Origin: Anthoceros angustus
Lineage: Eukaryota; Plantae; Anthocerotophyta
DNA: 64,000 bases
NCBI GenBank assembly: GCA_010909165.1
Contig: VJWM01000209.1
Coordinates: 248,001-312,000, forward strand
Reading direction: 5' to 3'
Part shown: positions 34,201 through 46,899 of the stretch, in pieces
Numbering within the stretch: position 1 is the stretch's first letter
How the letters are laid out: every line of letters starts with the position of its first letter
Position numbers and translations under genes: made by a program
Notes under the pieces: generated by a model
The model's input: only the letters and a program-made list of their open reading frames with translations
Database searches by the model: none
What the model was told of the DNA's origin: nothing

Positions 34201-37150
34201 GAAAAGCGAGTTCCTTTAGCTTGCTTGATTCCATATGGCGGAAGTACTAGCCCATTCTAGCCCAAGCTCTTTCGCCTTGAGGAGTTATAAAATTGTGGGT
34301 GGCGGCGAGTCCAACAATAACTCTACTTCTAAGCCATTCATCTTTCCACATATGTACATAAGGGCTCCACCTTCCTCAAAATAGTGTCATCCTTGACACT
34401 AGATGACTCACCATCTGTCACAACAACATGTGGCCAGCGTCATTTGGGCTCTGCAGCTCCGAATCCTAAGTCCGGAGCTTGAGGATTGGCGGCTATCACA
34501 TTCGTTGGGAATTCCCGCATGCGGACAATCTTCGCAAAGTGTCCTTGCTCTCCACAAAAGCACGCAAATTGAGGGCCTGTCCTTTGGCTTCCACGGCCTC
34601 GACTTCTATTGGCTCCTCTTCCTCTTCCTCGCCAACATTATCATTTATTCCAATATGCCCGGTGTTGGTGGCTCTTCCTCTACCTCGTGATCTTCCTTGA
34701 AAAGATCTTGGATACCTTCCTCCGAAGACACCGGTGCTTCCTCGGCACGACTTGTGTCGTATCTCTGCAGCCATAATAGCCTCTCGCAGAGTTTGAGGTT
34801 TTCATCGAATTCTATCCAGAGCCCACCTTTGAGTCCACTATAAAACCTGTGGAGCTTATCCACCTCCGTCGGGCATTGTAACACATGTGCTAAATTCACT
34901 CACATACTGCCGCAACATTCCTGTGTGCTTCACATTCTCTAGCATCCTTCTTGCCATAGATGCATTAGTTGGTGGAATTGAAGTTGCGTGCATCTTTGAA
35001 TTCGCCCGGTGGAAATAGTTTCCACTCTATTACCTGTTCAATACTACGAACATAAGTTCTCCACCAAGTAGGCGTACCCTTCTAAGAAGTTAACGATGTG
35101 ATCTAGATACTCTTCTGCGGAATCCTCTGCGATTCGATCCGATAGTACCCGCCATCGATCTAGCTTGGTGAAATACTTGGCACCCTTCAACTCAAACATA
35201 TCATCCATTCTTGGCAAAGGATATGCATTCTTCATCGTAATTTGATTCGAGCTGTAATCTAAACACATCCTTAGTCCTCCATTCTTCTTGCGCGTAAACA
35301 ATACCGCGCACCAAAAGGAGACTTAGAGACTGATATATCCCTTTGCCAGAGTTGGATAGTTGTCGCTTGAGTTCTCGTAGCTCATCCTGCGACAATCTAT
35401 ATGGTGCTCGACGGAGGCGTAATCTCGGCCTCAATTCAATCTCATGATCTACTACTCTATGAGACGGTAAAGGTGGCAATTCATCAGGCATCAAATCCTT
35501 AAAGTCATCCAAGACAGCCTGTAATTCCTTCGGGATGTCTTTCTCTTCTGAGGATTCTTCCTCAAGACCATCCTCTAATCCCTGGAGCATAACTAGATAA
35601 AGCTCCTTCTTCTGTCTTATGTCCTGCTTGAGCTCTCTTTTTGAAATCAACTGTACTGAGCACATCTCAAGCTTCTGACTAAGATTAGCACAAACCACCT
35701 TGTGCTTTCCATTCTTCAATATCTCAATGGTGCGGGACTTCACATCTACACGCACTTCATTGGATTTCATCCACTCTAGACCCAAGATAACATCATGGTC
35801 ATCCATGTCTACAATGAAACTCATGTATCCTTCCCACGCTTCTATTTGCAGCTTTACTCCATGCAATTCACCCAAGAAAAGCGAGTTCCTTTAGCTTGCT
35901 TGATTCCATATGGCGGAAGTACTAGCCCATTCTAGCCCAAGCTCTTTCGCCTTATAGGAGTTATAAAATTGTGGGTGGCGCAGAGTCCAACAATAACTCT
36001 ACTTCTAAGCCATTCATCTTTCCACATATGTACATAAGGGCTCCACCTTCCTCAAAATAGTGTCATCCTTGACACTAGATGACTCACCACATCGTCACAC
36101 AACATGTGGCCAGCGTCATTTGGGCTCTGCAGCTCCACAATCCTAAGTCCGGAGCTTGAGGATTGGCGGCTATCACATTCGGTTGGGAATTCCCGATGCG
36201 GACAATCTTCGCAAAGTGTCCTTGCTCACAATCAAGCAGACAAATTGAGGGCCCTTTGGCTTCCACGACCTCTATTGGCTCCTCTTCCTCTTCCTCCAAC
36301 ATTATCATTTGTTCCAATATGCCCGTGTTGGTGGCTCTTCCTCTACCTCGTGATCTTCCTTGAAAAGATCTTGGATACCTTCCTCCGAAAGACACCGGTG
36401 CTTCCTCGGCACGACTTGTGTCATCGATCCGCAGCCATAATAGCCTCTCGCAGAGTTTGAGGTTTGTCATCTGAATTCTATCCAGAGCCCACCTTTGAGT
36501 CCACTATAAAACTGTGGAGCTTATCCACCTCCGCATATCGGGCATTGTAACATTGCTAAATTCACTCACATCCGCCGCAACATTCTGTGCTTCACATTCT
36601 CTAGCATCCTTCTTGCCAAGATAGATGCATTAGTTTGGAATTGAAGTTGCGTGCATCTTTGAATTCGCCTGTGGAAATAGTTTCCACTCTATTACCTGTT
36701 CAATACTCGAACATAAGTTCTCCACCAAGTAGGCGTACCTTCTAAGAAGTTAACGATGTGATCTAGATACTCTTCTGCGGAATCCTGCGGAAAGTATCCT
36801 TCCAATGAGAAAAACCACGAATTGATTTTCTCCACATCTCGTTCACCCTTATACCTATCGAAATTTGAGCGCTTAGCCTCAACTTCTTGGGTCTCCTTGC
36901 TCTACTCCTTTGGGCGGGCTCCAATTCGTCCTGCTCATCATCCTTCTACCTTCATCGAGCTTCCTTTTCCTTGTACTTGTTGCTCTAGAGCTTCCATTCT
37001 CCTCAAAAGATTTTGAAGCTCCTCTTGCGGCATGGTGACGGTCTTGACCCAGGTATCCGCCTCTGCCCGTTCGAGAATTAGTGGCTCCATCGAGGCTCAT
37101 CCACTGGTCTCCACCATAGGAGCCTTCTCTTTCTTTCCGTATTCTCTCTG
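31280..37150 (-). pseudogene. pol: Gypsy gag-pol (protease, RT, RNase H, integrase), frameshifted
   Basis: DDHDVILGLEWMK; [42 protein letters not shown]; AIGGVLMQDHKPIAFESRKL; GHRG..YWP..CAVCQQDK; SISMDFI..VVDRFTK..IVSDRDPRF..TAFHPDTDGSTER. Confidence 0.93.
33440..36790. repeat. Tandem duplication of gag-end/protease/RT-start, period ~1680 bp
   Basis: ctctgcgattcgatc(c)gatagtacccgccatcgatc occurs at ~33442 and ~35125. Junction microhomology cctctgcg. Confidence 0.9.
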
Positions 37151-37225
37151 CCTGCCTGGCTCTTGAGATCGGCCATCTCCAGCGTCCTAGCTAAAAGATG
37201 CTTCAACCTTGAGCTCGATACCACA

Positions 37226-37811
37226 AGTAACACCCCTTTTCGGTGAGGTGGGCGATCACGCGATTAGCGACAAAACATCACCAGACACCACTAGGCCTCC
37301 AAGTAGCCGCCGTCCTTCCACGGACGACTCGGTCGGCACACGTGTTGCTATTTATTCCGAGAGTCAACAAGAATACATGAGAGATCGGAGAGCTCCCCAT
37401 CTTTGCCTAAGCTAGGAGCTTAGCTCTCTCCCTCGATCTCCTCCTCAACAGCCTCTCCTCTAGCACGCTCACACTCTAGGCTCCAAAGCCTCTAGGCACC
37501 AAAGTCCTATCCTCACAAGAGTGTAGCTCCCAAGTGCTAGGATCCTTCTAGACATGCTCACACTCTAGGCTCCCAAGGCCTTTAGGCTCCAAAGTCCTAC
37601 CCTCAAGAGTGTAGCTCCCCATGCTAGGATCACAAGATATCTTTCTCTAGGGCTAGCCTCATCTCCTTATATAGGGAGGCTTACATCATTTCCAAAGTAA
37701 CTGCTAAAAGCAGACTTTCTTCCTTAAGCCCTAAGCTAAGTCTTAACACCACTACTTACAACTTACTAACTAGATCCAGGGTTGCATGCTTCTCATGCAA
37801 GGCTCGTTACT
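37226..37811 (-). repeat. Gypsy 5' LTR
   Basis: AGTAACACCCC...GGCTCGTTACT. The PBS lies 2 nt inside the element. Confidence 0.9.
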
Positions 37812-38469
37812 AATACCTTAGTTTTAAATTTCTCTCATGAATATATTTCTATATTTTTATATCAATAAATTACAAATAATAATAATCTATAATACAAATA
37901 ATTCGATTGAATACAAAATATTTTATAATCTTAAAATAACACAATCATTCAACAATTACAACATCCAGCTTTTATGTCAATCCAATCTAGGGCTTTTTGT
38001 GCACGATTCTCCTCGCTCGAATGAGCTACTCGAGACCATGATCCCTACCCATCAATAGGAACTCACAGGTCAAATTTTTCTTGCAGGGTGCGCCTAACAT
38101 ATGCATTCAACCCATACGCTACAAAGTTGAAGAGCCCCTGCAATCATACAGATGTAAGAGGCTATCTATCATACAGGATCAGAGACTGAAAATCCGCCAA
38201 GGCAGGTGCCCTTATCTTGAGAGCTGCTGTGCCGATGTGAATGCAATATAGCCAGAACAGCCGTTTACGTGGTTTCACACAATGATGAGTTCGGTTGACA
38301 GTTCCAAAAGTGGACTCCAGGAGCCTATCAGAATCAATGGATAATAGCCCACCTGTTCATGGCCTGAAAAGATGATAACGAAGTTCACAGTGACAGCCAG
38401 GTAATGGCATGTAAAGGCGAAGTAATGTTATAAGCAACAACCACACCGAACGGTAGGGACAAGGTTTTG

Positions 38470-40595
38470 CATTCAGTTACCTACCTTCATGTCAGCGCGC
38501 ACCTCAACTTGTCGCTGACGTTCAGACAAGCCCACTGCCATCTGCAATAACCAAGTGCTTAAATCAAGCAATATATGGCAGATGGAACTAACGGGCTTGA
38601 GCCTGATGACGGCGACAGAAAGCCAGATACTTACTCGGGTTGTATGATTTATCATGCGAATGACTGGAAAGTAAGCTGTTCCATTGAACAGTATAGCTCC
38701 CCATAGGGTACATAGAATGTGATAAACCGTAGCACCTGGTACCAGAGTTTTGATAGTTGGCATCCATGGTTGCACAGTGGTCCTCCACACTGCAATCGAA
38801 GAAAACCACAAAGTTTCCATACCTTTCCTGTAGTTGTCTCTATCCTGACCAACACCAAGCACCAGCCGGTCCATAGTCATTTGAGCTGCAAATGCCAATA
38901 AATTGACCACTGCACTGGGAAAGACATGAAGATCACCACTAACCTGTCCAAACTTGAAATTCGGCAGTCCTTCTTGGACCACCAATGCATTAGAGGCCAC
39001 TCCCAAATGCATCTTCCAGTGCCTGAACGTGCACACAAAAGAACCTTTAGATGGTCCAGAAAACTATACAGTATGGCACATTGTTGTGGTAACATATGTC
39101 AGTCAGTGCAGGGATGACTACACCTAGCTGACAAGCCGAGAATGAACAGGAGCGTACCAACTAAAGTTCAAACCGGTCCGTTGTGGGTTTCAGGACTTCC
39201 ATGTCAGTTAGATCGTCTGCAAGGTAACGCCATTCTCCACTCACAAGATGGGCAATTGATGCAAACATGGCAGCATGATGCATCTTCTCCATGTGACAAA
39301 GCAGGCTGAAGTCCAAGTACCTGTACCACAATCATTGACCCTCACTGATATCACAATCAATGACTGATTGTGATATCTGCAATCCAACCAATGCACTGGC
39401 TGTAGAACCGTCTGAACAGTCGATGAAATCCAGTATTATAAGATTCAGCACGCTCTCACTTTGCCACCTACCATCGGCATGAGATGTCGCTTTGCTTCAT
39501 TCTGATCCTCAACACTAGCCACCTGACCACCCGACGAATGCCCTCTGCAATTAGTTGCGTGTCCCCAGGTCGATCACCTTGCACCCATTCCATAGTCAGG
39601 ACCCTCTTGGTAGTCATGGGAGGCAGGGGCAAGAGGCAGGGGCAGGGAGGCAGGGGACAGGGAACCACGATGTACTTCAAGTGAGCACGTGCTTCCTACA
39701 AGGAAAAGCCACCAATTGTGATCCAATTAACCAGAGTCCAAGCAATAAAGCTGCCAGAAGGATGGCTACATGTTACGACAGCTCTGGAGCAACAGCTGCT
39801 TGGACAATCCAAAACCTTCATGAGAAAATAGTTCGATCCATACTCAAAATTCTTCCACATTTGTGGCTTCCATGTCAGTTAGATCGTCTGCAAGGTAACG
39901 CCATTCTCCACTCACAAGATGGGCAATTGATGCAAACATGGCAGCATGATGCATCTTCTCCATGTGACAAAGCAGGCTGAAGTCCAAGTACCTGTACCAC
40001 AATCATTGACCCTCACTGATATCACAATCAATGACTGATTGTGATATCTGCAATCCAGACGAGTGCACTGGCTGTAGAACCGTCTGAACAGTCGATGAAA
40101 TCCAGTATTATAAGATTCAGCACGCTCTCACTTTGCCACCTACCATCGGCATGAGATGTCGCTTTGCTTCATTCTGATCCTCAACACTAGCCACCTGACC
40201 ACCGACGAATGCCCCTCTGCAATTAGTTGCGTGTCCCAGGTCGATCACCTTGCACCCATTCCATAGTCAGGACCCTCTTGGTAGTCATGGGAGGCAGGGG
40301 CAAGAGGCAGGGGCAGGGAGGCAGGGGACAGGGAACCACGATGTACTTCAAGTGAGCACGTGCTTCCTACAAGGAAAAGCCACCAATTGTGATCCAATTA
40401 ACCAGAGTCCAAGCAATAAAGCTGCCAGAAGGATGGCTACATGTTACGACAGCTCTGGAGCAACAGCTGCTTGGACAATCCAAAACCTTCATGAGAAAAT
40501 AGTTCGATCCATACTCAAAATTCTTCCACATTTGTGGCCTCCATGTTGTAGTCAAGCTCCCATGCAGACCCCGTCCAAGCTCATCAGCCAAACCT
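38470..40595 (-). pseudogene. ABC1/ADCK atypical kinase, 5'-truncated, intron-containing, defective
   Basis: Exon pieces: LGLADELGRGL/GELDYNMEATNVEEF; EARAHLKYIVVP..TTKRVLTMEWVQGDRP..EAKRHLMPMV; YLDFSLLCHMEKMHHAAMFASIAHLVSGEWRYLADDLTDMEV; ALEDAF..GLPNFKFGQV. The HADPHPGN catalytic motif was not found, and no N-terminal exons are present. Confidence 0.78.
39195..40545. repeat. Tandem duplication, period ~670 bp, inside the ABC1 fragment
   Basis: cttccatgtcagttagatcgtctgcaagg occurs at ~39195 and ~39868. The copies are nearly identical. Confidence 0.92.
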
Positions 40596-41554
40596 AACCC
40601 TGCCGCAACAAAACCACCGCCAATTGAACAAACAAGACGAACACCAAAATGATCTTACAAAACAGAACAACAAAGCCGCACGCATCATCCTTTCAGAACA
40701 AAGCCAGTCTCAGCAAGGAAACCCCGTCCGACAGCACCAGCCGAAAGCTCCTGCGAGGTGGAATTGCTCCCGATCGCCTTGATGTCAATCACCGGTGCCG
40801 CCATCGCTTATCTTGCCGCAGCTGGCCGAGATTCCTCCCTACGCTGCTACCCTTGCTGGAGTCCGAACCGTTGGCGCTCACCGCAGCTGAGCGAAATGTG
40901 TTCATACACTGAAATCTGCTATCCTAAAGTGTACATGGCGATGCAGCCAGGATGCCCCCTCCGTCCCTCCCGCAACTCCCAAACCCCAACCCCAAGCCTA
41001 CCCGAGAATCCAAATCCGTAGCAGGGGAACATCACTCACAGGCAAGTAGCTTGTAATTACATTTGAAACTCACGTGTCACGGAAACACTTCCTTCAACAA
41101 AAACTCCCTTGTCATGTGTCTTCATTGAGGTAGATTTTTTTTTCGGGGACAAGACGGTACATTGGGAACAAATGGTGGGGCCGTTCTAAGGCATACAATG
41201 CCAGGTGAAGCTTCTACCGACCACAGCCTATCCTGGTCTCACCACCAACAAGCAGTAGCACACAATGAAAAAATTGCGAGAGCCTTCCCTCCTGAGATCA
41301 TTCTGCGATTTGAGGGCCTCTCCTCTGTGCTAGTGGCTGTTCTGCACCTTTCCTACCATAAAGGAGTACATATTTATCCGACGTGAAGGCATGCGCAGGC
41401 TTCAATGCCCTGCCTACCAACGTATGTATGTAAACACCCACGTGTAATCACTGTCCACAGTAAGATCACACAACTTGGTAGCTATCAACCACCAGCTGAG
41501 TGGGTACGGCGATTTTGCAAGAGATCCACTTTGCGTGTTCTTAACGTCGCGGAC

Positions 41555-42250
41555 CTTGATATCACAGCATGTCTTGGTGGCAGTGAATTTCACATCAATC
41601 GGGGAGAAGGCCGACGGGTCTGCTAACTCCATGGTCCCATTCCGATTGGTATTACCAATTAAGGTGATGGACCATTCTAGGACGGACTTTCGTGCATCAT
41701 ACGTCCAGTCTCCATCAACTTGATTCATGCTTGGTGGATCCCGCAAAGGTGGCATACCCCCGCAAAGGTGGCAAGGGTATGCTGATTACAACATTTTGCA
41801 GATCAAATGCTTTCAAGGCTTCATACTCGATGTTGATGTAACATTCCCCGCCAGAGACAGAGGCTAGGGCCAGCAGTTTATACCAAGAGGAACAAAAGTC
41901 CTGCTTGCTTTGCATTCGCCATCAATATGCATCTTCTTATGTTTGAACAACTATCGAACGCCATTCATTATACACTGCACTTCAAAATTCTCCACACCAC
42001 CGTCCGTCGTCAAAGTGATGTCAAGCCTGTCTTCCACAATAATAGTGATAGGATCTGTAGGAATAAAAGTTGTCTGTAAAGGCCGAGGTGCAGCATGGAC
42101 ATCCTCTACAATCACTTCACCTTCCGCCTTCAAGGATTCTAAGAACTGGTTTGCCTTCTGTGACTTGCCAAGCTTCATACTAGCTCCTTGGGCAACAAAA
42201 GGGACAGGTTGTGTTGACCGTCCTTTGGTTTTCCGAAGGGTCTGAATCTA
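41555..42250 (-). pseudogene. Coatomer delta subunit (delta-COP) C-terminal mu-homology fragment
   Basis: MKLGKSQKANQFLESLKAEGEVIVED..DPITIIVEDRL..DGGVENFEVQ; [31 protein letters not shown]; DGDWTYDARKSVLEWSI..RNGTME..FSPIDVKF. It has an internal deletion and frameshifts. Confidence 0.88.
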
Positions 42251-42349
42251 GGCCTGAGCCAAATCCCGAACTGCTGCCAAAGCCACCGCTCCCAAGATCG
42301 GATCACTGATACCATTGTCAAAATATGTGATGGCTCCCGAAGAGTTAAC

Positions 42350-42960
42350 ACACAGAGGGGCAGGCAGCTGCACTCAGAGATTGTCAAAGAGGATTGCTGG
42401 AAAATGTAGTGTTGGTCAACTGCCTGGTGGACATGTATGCAAAATGTGGTGAACTGGAAGACGCACGCCAGGTTTTTGAGAGCTTGGCCATAAAGAATGT
42501 GGTGACATGGAATGCCCTGATTGCTGGGTATGCACAGCAACTTGGAACCGGGCAAGAAGCACTCGTTGTGTGTCGACAAATGGAGCAGTAAGACCTCATT
42601 TTGGCTGACCATGTTACTTTTGCTTGCCTTCTGAAGGCCTGTGCAACCACTGGTGCCATACAGAGGGGCAGGCAGCCGCACTCAGAGATTGTCAAAGAGG
42701 ACTGCTGGAAAATGTAATGTTGGGCAACTGCCTGGTGGACATGTATGCAAAACGTGGTGAACTGGACGACGCACGCCAGGTTTTTGAGAGCTTGGCCATA
42801 AAGAATAAGGTGACATGGAATGCCCTGATTGCTGGGTATGCACAGCAACTTGGAACCGGGCAAGAAGCTCTCGTTGTGTATCGACAAATGGAGCAAGAGG
42901 ACCTCATTTTGGCTGACCATGTTACTTTTACTTGCCTTCTGAAGGCCTGTGCAACCTTTT
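42350..42960 (+). pseudogene. PLS-class PPR fragment, two ~309-bp P-L-S units, no E/DYW domain
   Basis: LHSEIVK/RGLLENVVLVNCLVDMYAKCGELEDARQVFESLAIKNVVTWNALIAGYAQ..EAL...QMEQ..DHVTFACLLKAC, twice. Both copies share one frameshift; copy 1 has an in-frame TAA. Confidence 0.88.
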
Positions 42961-44774
42961 GGTGCCAACCACATTAAACATGCAACCACTGGTTGCATGT
43001 TTAACTAATGGCAACCCCATTGGGTTCCACGGAGACAAGCTGCAGAACATAATTCTCATCTCAGAACAGTGTCCCCATGACACACTAGCAACTCAAGAAT
43101 GCAAGGACTGCACAATGAGATTGATTCACGAGCAAAGTCAGCCCAATTCTGCAGTCCAGCCTTGCTTTTCGTCAGCAATTTCCCATGTCCTGAGCACAGC
43201 TTAACTGCCCGCTGTTTAGGAACTTTGTAGGCACTGCCATTTACCGTCCAGGTCAGTCCACCGACCCTGGCCTGGCTGCTGTAGAGGCCGTGGGTTAGGG
43301 CGCGTGGAGAGGACGCGTTTGTGAGCGGCCTAGTCATGTCCATGCACCTCCGACAGCGGTCCCTGAATGATGGCCACAGCGAAGGCTGAAGCTTCTTTTC
43401 TTCTCTTTGCAGTTAGTTGGCTTTCAGGCGGGACCCAGCAAATTGGTGTGGTACAGGGATTCAACGAGGAGCTCCTGCTAACCTCAGCTTAGGGAGTCGA
43501 CTTCTGGCAAGCAAAGCCTCCAGGTGCAGCAGTGTAAGGAGCCCAGTACTTCCACTTCCGAGAAAGTGTGTGGATAGGACGGGTTTTCCAGCTACGGTCG
43601 TTGCCAGGAGCAAGAGCACTTGTGGCAGCAATTTTTTCTGGACCCTACCCTGTGGTGGGACAACAGACGAGGTAAGAAGAGCGCCCGTTCCCCTGACTTC
43701 CAGCGTAAGGGATCCGGCGAGGTGCTGTGATTAAGGAACATGTTTGAGCCAGCTTGGGTTGATGAGCACCTCATGTGCATGGATCTGCAGATGGAACATG
43801 GTGGTTCTCCTTCCGAGTCCAGCTCCCGGATTTCCCAGTCTCCGTAGTACATTGTATCTAAAACTGTGTACAGAAGGATTTGGTTGTGGGGCATCGAGTT
43901 CATGATCTCATTCTCCTAAAATCATTAGGAGAATGAGACACCCTCAATATCTATATTACATCTAGAGAAATTTGATGATCATATATATATATATATAGCA
44001 TATCAATAATCCTTACAATATATCTAATATATATATTATAATTATATATAATTATAAAATATTTATAAATAGTATAAAATATACATATAAAATATTATAG
44101 GATAACATGTATGACTTCCATAACAAAAATAATCTATATTGAAAATATCATCATACGTAGTTTATCTTCATAACATGAATAAAATAATTGCATGAAAAAC
44201 ATTATGATTACCTTGTGACAAACACTCCTCAAGAAGAATGTTATTTCATGTAAGAACCTTAAAACATCCATAGAGGTATGAACATATGATAAATACGTGC
44301 ATTAAAAAGAATACTTTTATTAAGCCTATATCAGAAAAATTATCATGTTAGTATGAACTATATGCATATGCAAGCCATGTGAATTTTGATATCTTAATTT
44401 ACTAGCAAAAATTATACATAAAAATATATGTGATTTATTTTTTACACATATATAATATTCAATATACTAATATTCAGTTACTCATGGTTACTTGTGACAT
44501 GCATATGGACTCCATATAAAATGTTACTATATGTAAACTACATGGTACCATCACAGGACATGATATCAGACTCATATCAAACACATCATGACTTAAGAAG
44601 TGTATTTATGCATACAATTCATATTATCACATACAAATGTCATATCCTATAAATATGGAATTATTATAAAATAATATCACATTAGAATTATAGGAAAAGT
44701 ATATGATAACTACAAACTCAAATAATATGAAGATTTTATGTTTTTTATATATTGTGGATTCCATATGGTTACAG

Positions 44775-45472
44775 TGTGAAAAACGTGGCCCTTCAATTTT
44801 GTGATGGCACCTTGCTGAAGAGTCGTGTCCCTTGAACTCCAACAGGCACAAGCCTTCACACGAACAGCCTAAGTGCTGAGACACAGATGTGACACACTAC
44901 TGAATACGATTATATGTTCCGATCACTCCTATGATCGTGCATACGCTCATCCGCTTTTATATGGTATCAAAGCAGTACCATCGATCCCATAGCCGGGCGT
45001 AGAATGCACTGCTACTTGAGACAACTCTGGACAAAGGATGAGTTGCTCAACAAAACAGCAGATGACAATTTTCAATCCGTTGCATCCAAGAGGCTAAATC
45101 CTAGGACCCATACCTGCTTTCACCTGTACGTTTGCTTCCCTTAATCAGGCAGACTTCTGTACGATGGGGTCCTCCGATTCCGTTAGCAAACTGGTGAATT
45201 TCTTCGATGGGTCCAATTACCCCTCTTGGAGCAGGAAGATAGAGGTGTTTCTCTTGCGAGAAGACCTCTTTAGTGTTGTTGATGGCACCGAAAAGCGCCC
45301 TGCCACTCCACCTGCAACCCCAGGCGGAACAATAAACCACACACCTACGAGAGGACCCGGCTGCAAGTTAGACTGGACCTTAAGGACATAAAAGCTCGTG
45401 CAAATCTGATGCTTTACATGAGAGATGCACAGATGAACGTTGTGAGGCACCTACCGACTTCCAAGGAGGTCT
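44775..45472 (+). mobile_element. Second Copia remnant (putative LTR, PBS, gag start), truncated by a CACTA
   Basis: PBS-like TGGTATCAAAGC at 44962-44973. Gag from 45164: FFDGSNYPSWSRKIEVFLLREDLFSVVDG..KDIKARANLML..LPTSKEV. The LTR start is uncertain. Confidence 0.75.
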
Positions 45473-46899
45473 CACTACAACAATACATGCCCACTTAACA
45501 CGTATTTATTCACGCCTAATTGACGGATTCGAGGCAGGATTGACATGCGCTCTGGTAGTTTCCGGTATCATTCGCACATCTTAGTGAGAACGTGAGACTC
45601 GAGGGGAATGACACAAGAACCCTTCCTCGCCCGAACGCCTTAACCCGTGGTCCGTGCTTTCAATACCCATCCGCGCTGGACCGGTAGGCTGGGCTCCGTC
45701 CCCCCAAACGGGCTGGCAACTGCTGCGTGACCCGTTCGCCTGGCCAGAGGAAGGCCGCGCTTATGCATGGCGGAGAAAAGCCCATACCACCCCTGCACAC
45801 GTTTTCGTACTATCGATCTATGATTTTGTTGTGATTCAAATAAAATTAAGCTTTACGCAGGGTAGGCAAAGTACGTTTAAATGGAAATGAGATAATTGCT
45901 TACATTCCAGGCGAAGGGTCAGGCCGGAACCATGGCCCGATGGGAACGGATCTACCACGATTCTCCTGAAATTTCTCGCCTTTTTCGTCGTGCGCTTCGC
46001 TCACACACTGGAGCGGCTCTGGGCTGACCACGGGCTCACCTGTACAGGCTTAAAAAGCGTGGGGTTTGTTTTCAATTTCCCACATTCGCCGTACCCTCAT
46101 GCAACCCGAGCTTGCATAGCACGCCCGGCCGAGGTTGGTAAATTCCAGATACGGTGTTTTTCGCATAACCGAGTTCATCGAGTGAGCATGGCAAGCGTCA
46201 CGGGATTCAATTTGAAAAGAGCAAAGCCATGGTCTGGCCCTACAATAATGAAGTTTGGGCACGACTTAGCACCACAAAATCGCGCCCAAACAAATGCCCG
46301 AATTCCACACAACGGGGCCCTCCAACGGCCGAAATGGGTCCTGTATCAAAAAACTTTGCTCTACTTGTGGCGATGTCGGAATGGAGGGACGTCCCTCTTT
46401 GCCGCTTCTCTTTGCGGCTTGTTCCACGCCTCCGACGGCCTCTTCTTTCTTCTGTGTCAGTGTTTTGGCTTTGATGATGCTTGGCTGCGTTTGCCATGTT
46501 CCTCCGCACCGCGATCCAATGCCTCACACGCCGAACACCATCGGAAAAATGTACACGCACACCACACATGTACATATCATCATCCAACAGCTTACCTCGC
46601 TGATTCTGACTGACGGTGTCCTGCGTCTCTTCCCCACTACCTGACCAGAAGGCTCTGTCGTTGGTTCCAGCTGCGAATAGAGCAAACAATCCACATTGCA
46701 TAGGCCTGGACTGTCGTTCCCAGTTCCCTCTATCCCAGGAACTCGCACCACCACATCCTCCGATGCTGCCAAGCCACACATAGTAGGTAAGTGACATCAC
46801 AAGGCTGCGATTGAAACAATTGTGCCATGTCCAAACATTGTCCACATGAACAGACAAAAGATTTTCCGCTTGCCTGCATCAACATTTGTCGTGACCTGC

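Larger units (their letters stand above)
30523..37811 (-). mobile_element. Ty3/Gypsy chromovirus, full-length structure, degenerate, with AGT...ACT LTR termini
   Basis: LTRs at ~30523-31085 and 37226-37811, 5-bp TSD AATAC (30518-30522, 37812-37816), PBS TGGTATC-GAGC (37223-37213, -), PPT GATGGGGAG, and gag-PR-RT-RH-INT-chromodomain order. Confidence 0.93.

Noticed and set aside
43906-43938. Perfect 13-bp hairpin (TCTCATTCTCCTA/TAGGAGAATGAGA) as a Helitron 3' end
   Set aside because: The stem is AT-rich, the nearest CTAG is ~24 nt away, and no matching 5' TC end at an AT target was found.
37812-44775. AT-rich flanks (37812-38000, 43950-44760) as Mutator TIRs around the captured fragments
   Set aside because: They show no inverted similarity by eye and no 9-bp TSD.
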